A stretch of DNA of 39,824 nt from contig JAOAAG010000237.1 of assembly GCA_026418995.1 (NCBI GenBank), positions 1 to 39,824 on the forward strand, in the 5' to 3' direction. This document shows, one piece after another, positions 7,921 to 16,791 of this stretch. Position numbers and translations under genes: made by a program. Under the pieces are notes generated by a model. The model saw nothing but the letters and a program-made list of their open reading frames with translations. It searched no databases and had not been told where the DNA came from. How positions within the stretch are numbered: position 1 is the first letter of the stretch; each line of letters opens with the position of its first letter. The stretch comes from Anaerolineae bacterium (GTDB lineage Bacteria; Chloroflexota; Anaerolineae; B4-G1).

Positions 7921-9171
7921 ATGAACGTGGAGGTTGAGCCTTATCCGATGCTGAGCGTGGAAGAGGCCCTGGCGCAGGTATTAGCTGCTTTTGAGCCGCT
8001 GCCGCCGGAGCGCAAACCGATTCTGGAAGCGCTGGGGCAGGTACTGGCTGAGGACATCTTTGCCGGGATGGACATCCCCCCGCTGGCTAATTCGGCGATG
8101 GATGGCTACGCTGTACGCTGCGCAGACACCGCTGAAGCTTCGCCTGAGCATCCCTGCCGCCTCCGTGTCGTGGCAGACCTGGCCGCGGGCTATGTTCTTA
8201 ACGAACCGCTGCAGCCAGGGACTGCCGTGCGCATTATGACGGGGGCCCCCGTGCCCCCCGGCGCCGAGGCGGTAATTCCTTTCGAGGAAATTGAGCGCGA
8301 CGGAGAGGAGATTCTCGTCTCCAGACCCTATCCCTACCACAAAAACATTCGCGCCGCCGGTGAGGATGTTCGTGCCGGGCAGAAGGTACTGCCACGGGGC
8401 ACCGTCCTGCGTCCCCAGGAGATCGGCATGCTCGCCGCGCTGGGGCGAGCGGAGGCGCTGGTACACCGGCGCCCGCGCGTGGCGATTCTCTCCACCGGCG
8501 ACGAGGTGATCGCAGTGGACGCTCCCTGGCAGCCGGGCAAAATCCGCGACGCCAACTCATACTCCAACGCCGCACAGGTGCTGCGCTACGGGGGCGTGCC
8601 GCTCTGCCTGGGCATCGCCCGCGACGACATAGCCGACCTGACGGCGAAAATCCGCACCGGCCTGGAGCAGGGCGCCGACCTGTTCCTCACCTCTGGCGGG
8701 GTCTCGGTGGGCGATTTCGACGTGGTAAAGCAGGTACTGGCTGCCGAGGGTGAGATGGCTTTCTGGCAGGTGCGTATGAAGCCGGGCAAGCCGCTGGCCT
8801 TCGGCCATATCCGGGGAGTGCCGCTCCTGGGCCTGCCGGGCAATCCCGTCTCGGCGATGATCGCCTTCGAGCTGTTTGCCCGCCCGGCCATTCTCAAAAT
8901 GCTGGGCAAGACCCAACTGGAAAAACCCACGGTGGAGGCGGTGCTGCTCGACGAAATCAAGCGCAAGGACAACCGCCGCCATTATCTGCGCGTGAGCCTG
9001 GAGGAGAGGGACGGCCGGTATCATGCGCGGCTGACCGGCGACCAAGGTTCGGGCATCCTGCTCTCGATGGTACTGGCGCAGGGACTGGCGATCATCCCGG
9101 AGGATGTGGACCATCTGCCTGCTGGCTCTCGCGTGCAGGTAATGATGCTCGATTGGCCGGAGCGGGGTTAG
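7921..9171 (+). CDS. moeA: Molybdopterin molybdo/tungstotransferase MoeA (start uncertain, 7921-7948)
   Basis: SAMDGYA, IMTGAPVP, STGDE, TSGGVSVGDFD, KPGKP and GLPGNPVS motifs. Confidence 0.95.
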   Translation: MNVEVEPYPMLSVEEALAQVLAAFEPLPPERKPILEALGQVLAEDIFAGMDIPPLANSAMDGYAVRCADTAEASPEHPCRLRVVADLAAGYVLNEPLQPGTAVRIMTGAPVPPGAEAVIPFEEIERDGEEILVSRPYPYHKNIRAAGEDVRAGQKVLPRGTVLRPQEIGMLAALGRAEALVHRRPRVAILSTGDEVIAVDAPWQPGKIRDANSYSNAAQVLRYGGVPLCLGIARDDIADLTAKIRTGLEQGADLFLTSGGVSVGDFDVVKQVLAAEGEMAFWQVRMKPGKPLAFGHIRGVPLLGLPGNPVSAMIAFELFARPAILKMLGKTQLEKPTVEAVLLDEIKRKDNRRHYLRVSLEERDGRYHARLTGDQGSGILLSMVLAQGLAIIPEDVDHLPAGSRVQVMMLDWPERG

Positions 9172-9215
9172 GGTTCGGGGTTGGGGACCGGAGGTTCGGG
9201 TCCGGAGGTACATCG

Positions 9216-10814
9216 TTGAGCGAGAAGTGGCGGTTACTGGATACCGGGCCGCGTCCTGCGGCAGAAAACATGGCTCTTGACGAGGTTGTGCTTACGGCGC
9301 GCAGTCGTAACGCGGTGCCGAACACGTTACGTTTCCTCCAGTTTTACCCCCGCTGTACCCTGGTCGGCTACCATCAGGCTGTGGAGCAGGAAATCCGCGT
9401 CTCCTATTGCCAGGAGCACGGCATTGAAATCAACCGGCGGCTCACCGGCGGGGGCGCGCTATTCTGGGACGAGACCCAGTTGGGGTGGGAAATTTTCGCC
9501 TCTAGAGACGATCCCCGTTTCCTCTGCTCTGCCGAGCTACTCTACGAGCGACTGTGCCAGGGCGCGATCAAGGGGCTGGAGAAGCTGGGAGTGCGCGCAG
9601 CGTTCCGCCCCAAGAATGATATCGAAGTGCACGGCCGCAAAATTTCCGGCACCGGTGGGACCAGTATGGAAGGCGCCTTTATGTTCCAGGGCACCCTGTT
9701 GGTGGACTTCGATGTGGATACGATGCTCCGTGCATTGCGTATCCCCACCGAGAAACTGAAGGATAAGGAGATTGCATCGGTGAGGGAGCGGGTTACCTGC
9801 CTGGCGTGGGAGCTGGGCGCGGCGCCCCCTCTACCTCAGATCAAAGCTGCGCTGGTAGCTGGCTTCTCGGAGGTGCTGGGTGTAGAGTTCGAGCAGGCGC
9901 CTTTGACTCCCCTGGAGCAGGAACTGCTGACGAGCCGCCTCCCCTACTTTCGCTCCGAGGAGTGGGTCTACGGCATACGCCGTCCGCTGCTCCACCGTGA
10001 CGAACTGCGGGCGCTCTACAAAAGCCCCGGGGGGCTGATTCGCATCTCGCTGGTGGTGGATAGGCAGGCACGCCGCATCCGTGAGGCGTTCATCACCGGC
10101 GATTTCTTCGCCTACCCCCGCCGCGCCATCCTCGACCTGGAGGCACGGCTCAAGGGAGCCCCCGCCGCAATCGGGGCCGTGGGCCGCATCGTCGAGGAGT
10201 TCTTCGCTAATGAAGAGCTCGAAATGCCCGGCGTCTCCACAGCCGACATGGTGCGCACCCTGCGCGAGGCCCTGGAGAAAAGCACCTACACCCGTTACGG
10301 CATCCGCCCGGATGAGGTGAACTACGTCTTCTCAGTGGTCGAGCCGCTGGCGGAGATCATGGAGCGGCGGCTCGCTCCTGGTCACCGGAACGGACCGCTG
10401 CCCCTCCTCCTTCCGTACTGCGCCAAACTCACCTCGTGCGCCTACCGCTACCGGGAAGGCTGCACTTTGTGCGGTGGATGTTCCATCGGCGCAGCCTTTG
10501 AACTCGCCGAACGATACGGTTTGATACCGATTTCCATCCAGAACTACGAGCACCTTGAGGCGACGCTGGAGCGCCTCAAAGCCTCAGGCCACCCTGCCTT
10601 CATCGGAAGCTGCTGCGAGCCGTTCTATGCCAAACATCGGGATGACTTTGAACGCATCGGATTGCCCGGCATCCTGGTGGATGTAGATAGCTCCACCTGC
10701 TACGACCTGGGCCGTGAACAGGACGCCTACGCCGGCCGGTTCGACAATCAAACATATCTGAAACTGGACCTGCTGGAACGGATTCTGGCGCGGGTCTCCT
10801 CCGCTGCACAGTGA
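9216..10814 (+). CDS. Lipoate/octanoate-protein ligase (Lpl(AB)-type) fused to a C-terminal Cys-rich DUF116-like domain
   Basis: NMALDE, RRLTGGGA, NDI..GRKISG and FQGTLL motifs; accessory domain with ITGDFF; C-terminal LPYC..C..CxxCGxC..GSCC. TTG start at 9216 follows GGAGG. Confidence 0.88.
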   Translation: MSEKWRLLDTGPRPAAENMALDEVVLTARSRNAVPNTLRFLQFYPRCTLVGYHQAVEQEIRVSYCQEHGIEINRRLTGGGALFWDETQLGWEIFASRDDPRFLCSAELLYERLCQGAIKGLEKLGVRAAFRPKNDIEVHGRKISGTGGTSMEGAFMFQGTLLVDFDVDTMLRALRIPTEKLKDKEIASVRERVTCLAWELGAAPPLPQIKAALVAGFSEVLGVEFEQAPLTPLEQELLTSRLPYFRSEEWVYGIRRPLLHRDELRALYKSPGGLIRISLVVDRQARRIREAFITGDFFAYPRRAILDLEARLKGAPAAIGAVGRIVEEFFANEELEMPGVSTADMVRTLREALEKSTYTRYGIRPDEVNYVFSVVEPLAEIMERRLAPGHRNGPLPLLLPYCAKLTSCAYRYREGCTLCGGCSIGAAFELAERYGLIPISIQNYEHLEATLERLKASGHPAFIGSCCEPFYAKHRDDFERIGLPGILVDVDSSTCYDLGREQDAYAGRFDNQTYLKLDLLERILARVSSAAQ

Positions 10815-10815
10815 G

Positions 10816-11907
10816 ATGCGGACTCAGGTAGATGTACTGGTGATCGGAGCCGGACCCGCCGGGAGCAGCGCCGCACGCGCTGCTGCCTCTGGTGGGCTGC
10901 GCGTACTGCTGGTCGAGCGCCGGCCTACCGTGGGGCTCCCGGTACAGTGTGCGGAGTACGTGCCGGCCCAGCTTGTGCACTACATCTCTATCCCGGAGCG
11001 CTGCATCGCCCGCCGTGTCCGTGCGATGCACACGCACCTGCCCGATGGCCAGGTCGTGGAAACGCCCGCGTGCGGCTATATGCTCGACCGCGCGCTGTTC
11101 GACAGGGCGCTTGCTGTAGCCGCCTGCCAGGCCGGCGCCGAGCTGTGGACGGCAGCACCGGCCGTAACGGTGCTCCCGGGGGAAAATCTGGCGTATGTGA
11201 GGAGAGGCGGGAGGCTCGAGGAGGTGGGGTATCGCATCCTCATCGGAGCGGATGGCCCGCGCTCCCTGGTGGGGAAGCGCATCGGGCAGGTCAACGCGGA
11301 GTTTGTCCACGCCGTACAGGTAGAAGTAGCGCTGAACGGAGGGCGCGATCACACTGAGGTCTACTTCGATTCCGTTTACCGGGGGGGCTATGGCTGGTTC
11401 TTCCCCAAGGAGAACACGGCCAACGTCGGTGTGGGGGTCAACTGCGGCATGGGAGGTGAGCCACGTCGGGCGCTCGCCCATCTGCTGGAGCGTCTGAACC
11501 TCGGATCGGCGGCCATTGTAGGGCACACCGCTGGCCTCATCCCGGTCGGCGGGGTGGTGGGCCAGATGCGGGTGGGCAATGTGCTGCTGGCCGGGGACGC
11601 GGCAGGACACACCCACCCTATCACCGGCGCGGGCGTCTTCGCCGCTGTCGTGGGGGGGATACTGGCAGGGGAGATGAGCGTCAAGGCGCTCAGGAACGGC
11701 GATCTGGAGCTGCTGGAGGAGTATGAGAGAGAGTGGTCGGCCTTTATGGGAGGGCCGCTGAGGCATGCCCTGAGCAAGCGGTGTTACCGGGACGAGCGCT
11801 GGAGTGACCACCCGGTCGCGTTAAGCCGTCTGATCCGGGAGACATGGGTGGCCTTTCCAGACTATGCGAGACGCACACCAAGTGAGGTGACTCACCCGTG
11901 CAGGTGA
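10816..11907 (+). CDS. Geranylgeranyl-reductase-like FAD oxidoreductase (LipT-like by context)
   Basis: GAGPAG, GADG, GYGWFFPK and LAGDAAG..P.TG.G motifs; lies between the ligase and the LipS1/LipS2 genes. Confidence 0.85.
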   Translation: MRTQVDVLVIGAGPAGSSAARAAASGGLRVLLVERRPTVGLPVQCAEYVPAQLVHYISIPERCIARRVRAMHTHLPDGQVVETPACGYMLDRALFDRALAVAACQAGAELWTAAPAVTVLPGENLAYVRRGGRLEEVGYRILIGADGPRSLVGKRIGQVNAEFVHAVQVEVALNGGRDHTEVYFDSVYRGGYGWFFPKENTANVGVGVNCGMGGEPRRALAHLLERLNLGSAAIVGHTAGLIPVGGVVGQMRVGNVLLAGDAAGHTHPITGAGVFAAVVGGILAGEMSVKALRNGDLELLEEYEREWSAFMGGPLRHALSKRCYRDERWSDHPVALSRLIRETWVAFPDYARRTPSEVTHPCR

Positions 11908-11916
11908 TCGTCATCT
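11885..11916. repeat. Degenerate REP-like palindrome, family B
   Basis: AGGTGACTCACC..GGTGATCGTCATCT resembles the other family B copies. Confidence 0.4.
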
Positions 11917-11933
11917 GATGTCACGGAGGCACT

Positions 11934-12956
11934 ATGGAAAGTCCTGAGTACGTACAGATCAGCCTGGCGGCTGCGATGGCGCTGGGCTACCGTCCGGCGA
12001 TGTTTCGCCGCAACTCTTATCTGACCGGGCTCAACCTGCTGGTGACGTATCCGGAGGGTTGCGCAGCCCGCTGTGCGTTCTGTGGCCTCAATCATCAGCG
12101 GCGTATCGAGCCGGAAAAGCGCACGTTTATCCGGGTGGACTGGCCTACCTATCCCCTGGATGACGTGATTGCCCGCCTTAACCGCAACGGACACGCATTG
12201 CGCCGTGTCTGCGTGGGCATGATCACTCACCGCCGCGCCTTCGACGACACGGTCGCGATCATCCGCCGCTTCCACGACGCATCCGACCGCCCTATCTCGG
12301 CGCTCATTTCCCCCACGCTACTCGGCGATCTGTCGCGCCTGGCGGAGATCAGGGAGGCCGGTGCAGATATGATCGGCATCGCCATAGACGCCGCCACGCC
12401 GGAGCTGTTCGAGCGCTACCGTGGCCGTGGCGTCCGGGGGCCGCATCGCTGGGCGCACTACTGGGCCGCCGTGGAAGAGGCTGTCCGTGTGATGGGGCCC
12501 TACAAGGTAGGCGTGCACCTGATTGTTGGCCTGGGTGAGACCGAAGAGCAGATGATCGCCACCATTCAGCGCGCGCACGACATGGGGGCCCACACCCATC
12601 TCTTCTCTTTCTTTCCTGAAGCTGGTACTCCGATGGAGCACCATCCGCAGCCGACCTTTGGGCATTACCGGAGGGTGCAACTGGCACGCTACATCATCAA
12701 CAAGGGCTACGGTCGCTATGAGGGGATGCGCTTTAACGCCGCTGGTCAGGTGATAGACTTTGGGCTGGAGACCGAGGAGTTGATCCAGTACGGTGAGCCT
12801 TTTATGACCTCCGGCTGTCCTGGCCCGGATGGCAAAGTGGCCTGCAACCGTCCATTTGGCAACGAGAGGCCAGGCCAGCCCATTCGTAACTACGCCTTTG
12901 AGCCAGAGCCAGAAGACGTGGAGCTGGCTCGCTACCAGTTGCGCGACTACGCCTGA
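11934..12956 (+). CDS. lipS1: Radical SAM lipoyl synthase component LipS1
   Basis: SPEYVQISLAAA start, CAARCAFC (CX3CX2C), FIRVDWP, HLIVGLGETE, C-terminal GCPG..ACNRP; cluster context. Confidence 0.8.
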   Translation: MESPEYVQISLAAAMALGYRPAMFRRNSYLTGLNLLVTYPEGCAARCAFCGLNHQRRIEPEKRTFIRVDWPTYPLDDVIARLNRNGHALRRVCVGMITHRRAFDDTVAIIRRFHDASDRPISALISPTLLGDLSRLAEIREAGADMIGIAIDAATPELFERYRGRGVRGPHRWAHYWAAVEEAVRVMGPYKVGVHLIVGLGETEEQMIATIQRAHDMGAHTHLFSFFPEAGTPMEHHPQPTFGHYRRVQLARYIINKGYGRYEGMRFNAAGQVIDFGLETEELIQYGEPFMTSGCPGPDGKVACNRPFGNERPGQPIRNYAFEPEPEDVELARYQLRDYA

Positions 12957-13963
12957 TGTCCCCGCGACCCCATCTGGCGCCAGGCGCCTCTGGCGAGGCG
13001 AAACGCCTCTTCAACCTTCCCTGGCCGGAGCTACAGGGAGCGGCCTGGACGGTGCGTCATGCGTACCATCCGCCAGAGCTGCGCTTCGCCGTGCCGGGGG
13101 GCAAAAGGTACGCCACCGAACATTATCGCAACACCCCTTGGCGCTTTGCCAGCATCAGCCTGACCGGGCGACATTGTGATTTGCAGTGCGAACACTGCCG
13201 GGGGCGTATGCTGGCGACGATGCTACCTGCCCTCACTCCCGAGATGCTGGTGCTTCAAGCAGAGCGGCTGCTCGAGCGGGGATGTGCCGGCGTGCTTATC
13301 AGCGGCGGCTGCAACCTCGACGGCGCGGTGCCGATCAAACCGTACCTCTCCGCTATCGCTCGCGTCAGGAGCATGGGGCTGCGCACCATCGTCCATACCG
13401 GCCTGCTGGACCGGGAGACGGCGGAGGGGCTGAAAAACGCGGGTGTGGATCAGGTGCTGCTGGACGTCGTGGGGGACGAAGAGACCATACAACAGGTGCT
13501 CCATCTCACTCATTCGCCTGCTGAGTACGAGGCGACGCTGGCGTTAGCCCGCGCAGCGGGGTTATCGGTTGCACCACATGTGATCGTCGGCCTGCATTGC
13601 GGGGAACTGCGCGGGGAATTGGCTGCGCTGGAGATCATCCGCCGTACAGGAGCTGATGTGGTCGTGATAGTGGTGTTACGCCCGCTGCCGCACACGCCGC
13701 TGGCGCAGGCGCCTGTAATGGCTCCCGACACAGTGGGGCGGCTGGTAGCGGTGGCGCGGCTCCTGTTCCCGGCTGTACCGGTGACCTTGGGCTGCGCCAG
13801 GCCGGCCGGGCCGCTCAAGGCAGAAATGGAGCGGCTGGCAGTACTGGCTGGTATCAACGGCCTGGCCTACCCCGACCCGGCCACTGTAGAGCTGGCCGCA
13901 GGTCTGGGGTTGCGTACCTCATTCGTCGAGAGCTGCTGCACCCTTGCCGTCACCTCCCAGTAG
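12956..13963 (+). CDS. lipS2: Radical SAM lipoyl synthase component LipS2
   Basis: SISLTGRHCDLQCEHC, LISGGC, HTG, PHVIVGL, LGCARP and C-terminal CC; TGATG overlap with lipS1. Confidence 0.8.
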   Translation: MSPRPHLAPGASGEAKRLFNLPWPELQGAAWTVRHAYHPPELRFAVPGGKRYATEHYRNTPWRFASISLTGRHCDLQCEHCRGRMLATMLPALTPEMLVLQAERLLERGCAGVLISGGCNLDGAVPIKPYLSAIARVRSMGLRTIVHTGLLDRETAEGLKNAGVDQVLLDVVGDEETIQQVLHLTHSPAEYEATLALARAAGLSVAPHVIVGLHCGELRGELAALEIIRRTGADVVVIVVLRPLPHTPLAQAPVMAPDTVGRLVAVARLLFPAVPVTLGCARPAGPLKAEMERLAVLAGINGLAYPDPATVELAAGLGLRTSFVESCCTLAVTSQ

Positions 13964-14827
13964 GGACGTGGCGCCGCTGCGCCCTCCCTGCAGCGCGCTG
14001 ACCACGGTCGCCCATTCCTGGAGCGAGAGCGACTGCGCCCGCCTGCTGGGATCCACCCCTGCCTCTCTCAGCCTGAGGGCTACATCGTCAGGAGACAGTC
14101 CGAGGCCGGCGGCCAGCGCATTATGGAGTTGCTTGCGGCGCTGGGAGAAACCAGCCCGCACGACACGGAAAAAGGCCTCCGTATCTGCTACCTGGACGGG
14201 GGGAGTGGCATGTGGCACAATGCGCACCACAGCCGATTCCACCTCCGGCGGCGGGTAGAAACTCCCGGGCTTGATACGGAAGAGTAGCCGTGGCTCTCCA
14301 TATAACTGGACGCTCACCGACAGCAGACTCATCTCGCCAGGGGCAGCGATGAGACGCTGGGCTACCTCGCGCTGCACCGTGACCACAATGGATGCGGGGC
14401 GTGGACTTGCCTCCAGCAGATGACGGAGCACAGCCGAGGTGATATAGTAGGGGAGGTTCGCGACCACTTTGTAGCCGGATGCATATCCCCTGGAAGCTTG
14501 CAGGGCCAGCGCAGCCGGGTCAAGCGTCAGGATATCCCCCTGAACCAGCGTGATATTGGTAAAATTTTTCAATACGCTCTGGAGAATGGGAAAAAAGCGC
14601 TGGTCCAGCTCGACGGCCACCACATGGCCGGCCCGACGGGCCAGGAGGCTGGTCAGCGTTCCCGGCCCGGCCCCGATTTCCAGCACCACATCCTCGTCGG
14701 TTAACGCAGCGGCTTCGACAATGCGCTCGAGGATGGTCTGGTCCACGAGAAAATTCTGGCCCAGCCCCTTATCTGGCCGCAACCCCCATCTGGCCAGCAG
14801 CTCGCGCACGTCAAAGTCCCCCGGCAT
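13919..14827 (-). CDS. rsmA: 16S rRNA adenine dimethyltransferase RsmA/KsgA (start 14827 or 14845)
   Basis: LGQNFL, VLEIGAGPG, NLPYYIT and FSQRRKQL motifs; overlaps the lipS2 3' end by 45 bp. Confidence 0.95.
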   Translation of the reverse strand: MPGDFDVRELLARWGLRPDKGLGQNFLVDQTILERIVEAAALTDEDVVLEIGAGPGTLTSLLARRAGHVVAVELDQRFFPILQSVLKNFTNITLVQGDILTLDPAALALQASRGYASGYKVVANLPYYITSAVLRHLLEASPRPASIVVTVQREVAQRLIAAPGEMSLLSVSVQLYGEPRLLFRIKPGSFYPPPEVESAVVRIVPHATPPVQVADTEAFFRVVRAGFSQRRKQLHNALAAGLGLSPDDVALRLREAGVDPSRRAQSLSLQEWATVVSALQGGRSGATSLLGGDGKGAAALDE

Positions 14828-14897
14828 CTTTTTACCATCCACCATAACACAGGATACTGGAGGCCAGACCGTTTTACCTCTCGCAGCCGTGCAGGCC

Positions 14898-14936
14898 AAA
14901 AATAAGCAGGGTACCCCCGGGGGAGGTACCCTGCTG
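14898..14936 (-). terminator. Intrinsic terminator of the oxidative-stress operon
   Basis: AGCAGGGTACC/GGTACCCTGCT 11-bp stem followed on the minus strand by TATTTTT. Confidence 0.8.
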
Positions 14937-14953
14937 TGGCCTCAAGGCAGCAC

Positions 14954-15349
14954 TTACCCGGTCACACGAATCTCCTTGCTACTCTCCCACAAGCCGTGGA
15001 TATTGCAGTAAGCCAGGGCATAGAGTGTGCCGGGCCTGTCCACCTTCATCCAGGCCGTGACCGCGTGATGGGTGTACACCGGACCCTGATTGGGGCCGGC
15101 GACCGACTCCCCATGCGCGTTGAACTCGAAATGGCCGACATCATAGGTGAACTTGTCGCCCTCGGGGTGGAAATAGAGCGTGATCCAGCGGATATGATGC
15201 TCGGTCGTGTTAGGATGGGCGATCTCCTTACCCAACCCCACCTTCACCTCGAATGTCTCGCCAGCCTTCACCTCATCAGGGCACTCGATGACTGGCACGT
15301 GCTTCTCTTTTTTCCAATCGGCTTCCTGAATCCTGTCTCCCAGTCTCAT
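14954..15349 (-). CDS. Superoxide reductase (1Fe, neelaredoxin/class II SORL)
   Basis: EKHVP, HPNTTEHHI and CNIHG iron ligands. Confidence 0.92.
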   Translation of the reverse strand: MRLGDRIQEADWKKEKHVPVIECPDEVKAGETFEVKVGLGKEIAHPNTTEHHIRWITLYFHPEGDKFTYDVGHFEFNAHGESVAGPNQGPVYTHHAVTAWMKVDRPGTLYALAYCNIHGLWESSKEIRVTG

Positions 15350-15424
15350 CCTTCACCTCCCAAAGTGTGAACTCAACTAACGCACTCACCTCTCCCACGT
15401 CAAGAGGCTGCGGGAGCTTCGTTG

Positions 15425-15928
15425 CTATCTCACCTCAAAGAACTTTTCCTGCGGTGCATTACAAATGGGACATCGTTCCGGAGCTTCCCGCTCGGCGATG
15501 TACCCGCATACCTGGCAGACATAGTAGCTGTTGGTTTCGCCGCGCAGCATAGCAGCCAGTGCCCGCTTATAGAGCAGGGCATGCCCCTCTTCCACGTCTC
15601 GCGCCTGGCTGAAAGTCAGGGCTGCTGCACGTTCGCCCTCCTCTTCCGCCTCGCGGATGAACTGCGGGTAGTAGACCTGATTGACGGTGGTCTCACGCTC
15701 AAAGGAAGCACGCAGGTTCTCCTCGGTGCTCTTGACCACGGCCTCGCCCAGCAGACGGAGGTGGCGCTCAGCATGCACACCCTCAGCCGCAGCAACGGCG
15801 CGAAACAACGCGGCGATCTCTGGATAACCCTCTGCATCGGCTTGGCGTGCGAAGGCCTGCAAACGGTAGTGGGCCTTCGCCTCACCCACGAAAGCAGCAT
15901 AGAGATTGCGCAGGGTCTTTTCCCCCAT
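15425..15928 (-). CDS. rbr: Rubrerythrin family protein
   Basis: AFVGEAKA, EGVHA, EEGH diiron motifs; C-terminal CQVCG..CPIC. Confidence 0.9.
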   Translation of the reverse strand: MGEKTLRNLYAAFVGEAKAHYRLQAFARQADAEGYPEIAALFRAVAAAEGVHAERHLRLLGEAVVKSTEENLRASFERETTVNQVYYPQFIREAEEEGERAAALTFSQARDVEEGHALLYKRALAAMLRGETNSYYVCQVCGYIAEREAPERCPICNAPQEKFFEVR

Positions 15929-15999
15929 ACAGGCAAAAGGCCACTTCTACAGGATAGGTAGGAGCCGCACCGCCGCAGGCAGTGCGGCTCAAATCACCA

Positions 16000-16014
16000 G
16001 TTAGCCCGCCCTGA
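16000..16014. repeat. 15-bp inverted repeat arm downstream of prxU
   Basis: GTTAGCCCGCCCTGA is the exact reverse complement of 16770-16784. Confidence 0.85.
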
Positions 16015-16022
16015 TCACACCG

Positions 16023-16724
16023 TTAAGGTTTCCACACTTCCCACACCCTGCCCACCAGCGCGGGGCCAGGCTTGAGCGTGGGTTGACCTGGCTGCCAACC
16101 TGAAGGCGTCACCTCTCCGGTAGCCCGCACATGCTGGAACGCCTTAATCTGCCGGATGAGCTCATCAGGATTGCGACCCACTTCCGGGGTCAGTACCTCC
16201 ATCGCCCGGATCACAAAGTCTGGATCAATGATGAACCGTCCCCGAATGTCTACCCCGGCGGCCTCATCATATACCCCGTAGATCCTGCCGATCTTCCCCC
16301 CGGCATCGGAGAGCATCGGGAACGGCACACCGCCGCTGACCATTTTGGACAGCTCTTGCTCCTGCCAAATCTTATGCACGAAGCGGCTGTCAGTGCTCAT
16401 CGCCAGTACTTCCACGCCGAGGGCCTTCAGCTCCTCATAGCGGGCGGCGACCGCCGCCAGCTCCGTCGGTCAGACAAAGGTAAAGTCGCCGGGGTAGAAG
16501 CAGAGCACGATCCATTTGCCCCGATAGTCGGAAAGTTTGACGTTCTGGAAGCCGACGCCCTCAATGTAGGCACTGGCCTCAAAATCAATGGCCTCCTGGC
16601 CAACCCGTGCTACCATCTTGACCTCCTTCATAAGCACACCGCTTTCGGGCACAGCCGGGGACTCAACCGCCGGCACAATGGGCCCACGCGCTGGCTGAAC
16701 GCAACTGTCCTTAAGTTCTGCCAT
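16023..16724 (-). CDS. prxU: Selenocysteine-containing peroxiredoxin PrxU, 233 aa (U at 16470-16472)
   Basis: [16 protein letters not shown] puts UGA at the peroxidatic Cys position. ORFs 16470-16748 and 16023-16415 are in one frame. SECIS follows; AAGGAGG RBS before ATG 16724. Confidence 0.93.
16443..16458 (-). promoter_or_regulatory. SECIS element of prxU
   Basis: GGCGGC-GGTC-GCCGCC hairpin starting 11 nt after UGA, as in E. coli fdhF geometry. Confidence 0.85.
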
Positions 16725-16769
16725 TTTCACCCTCCTTCTACCTGACATACCTGATTGCGGGCTGGTCCT

Positions 16770-16784
16770 TCAGGGCGGGCTAAC
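16770..16784. repeat. 15-bp inverted repeat arm upstream of prxU
   Basis: TCAGGGCGGGCTAAC, reverse complement of 16000-16014. Confidence 0.85.
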
Positions 16785-16791
16785 AGGCTAT

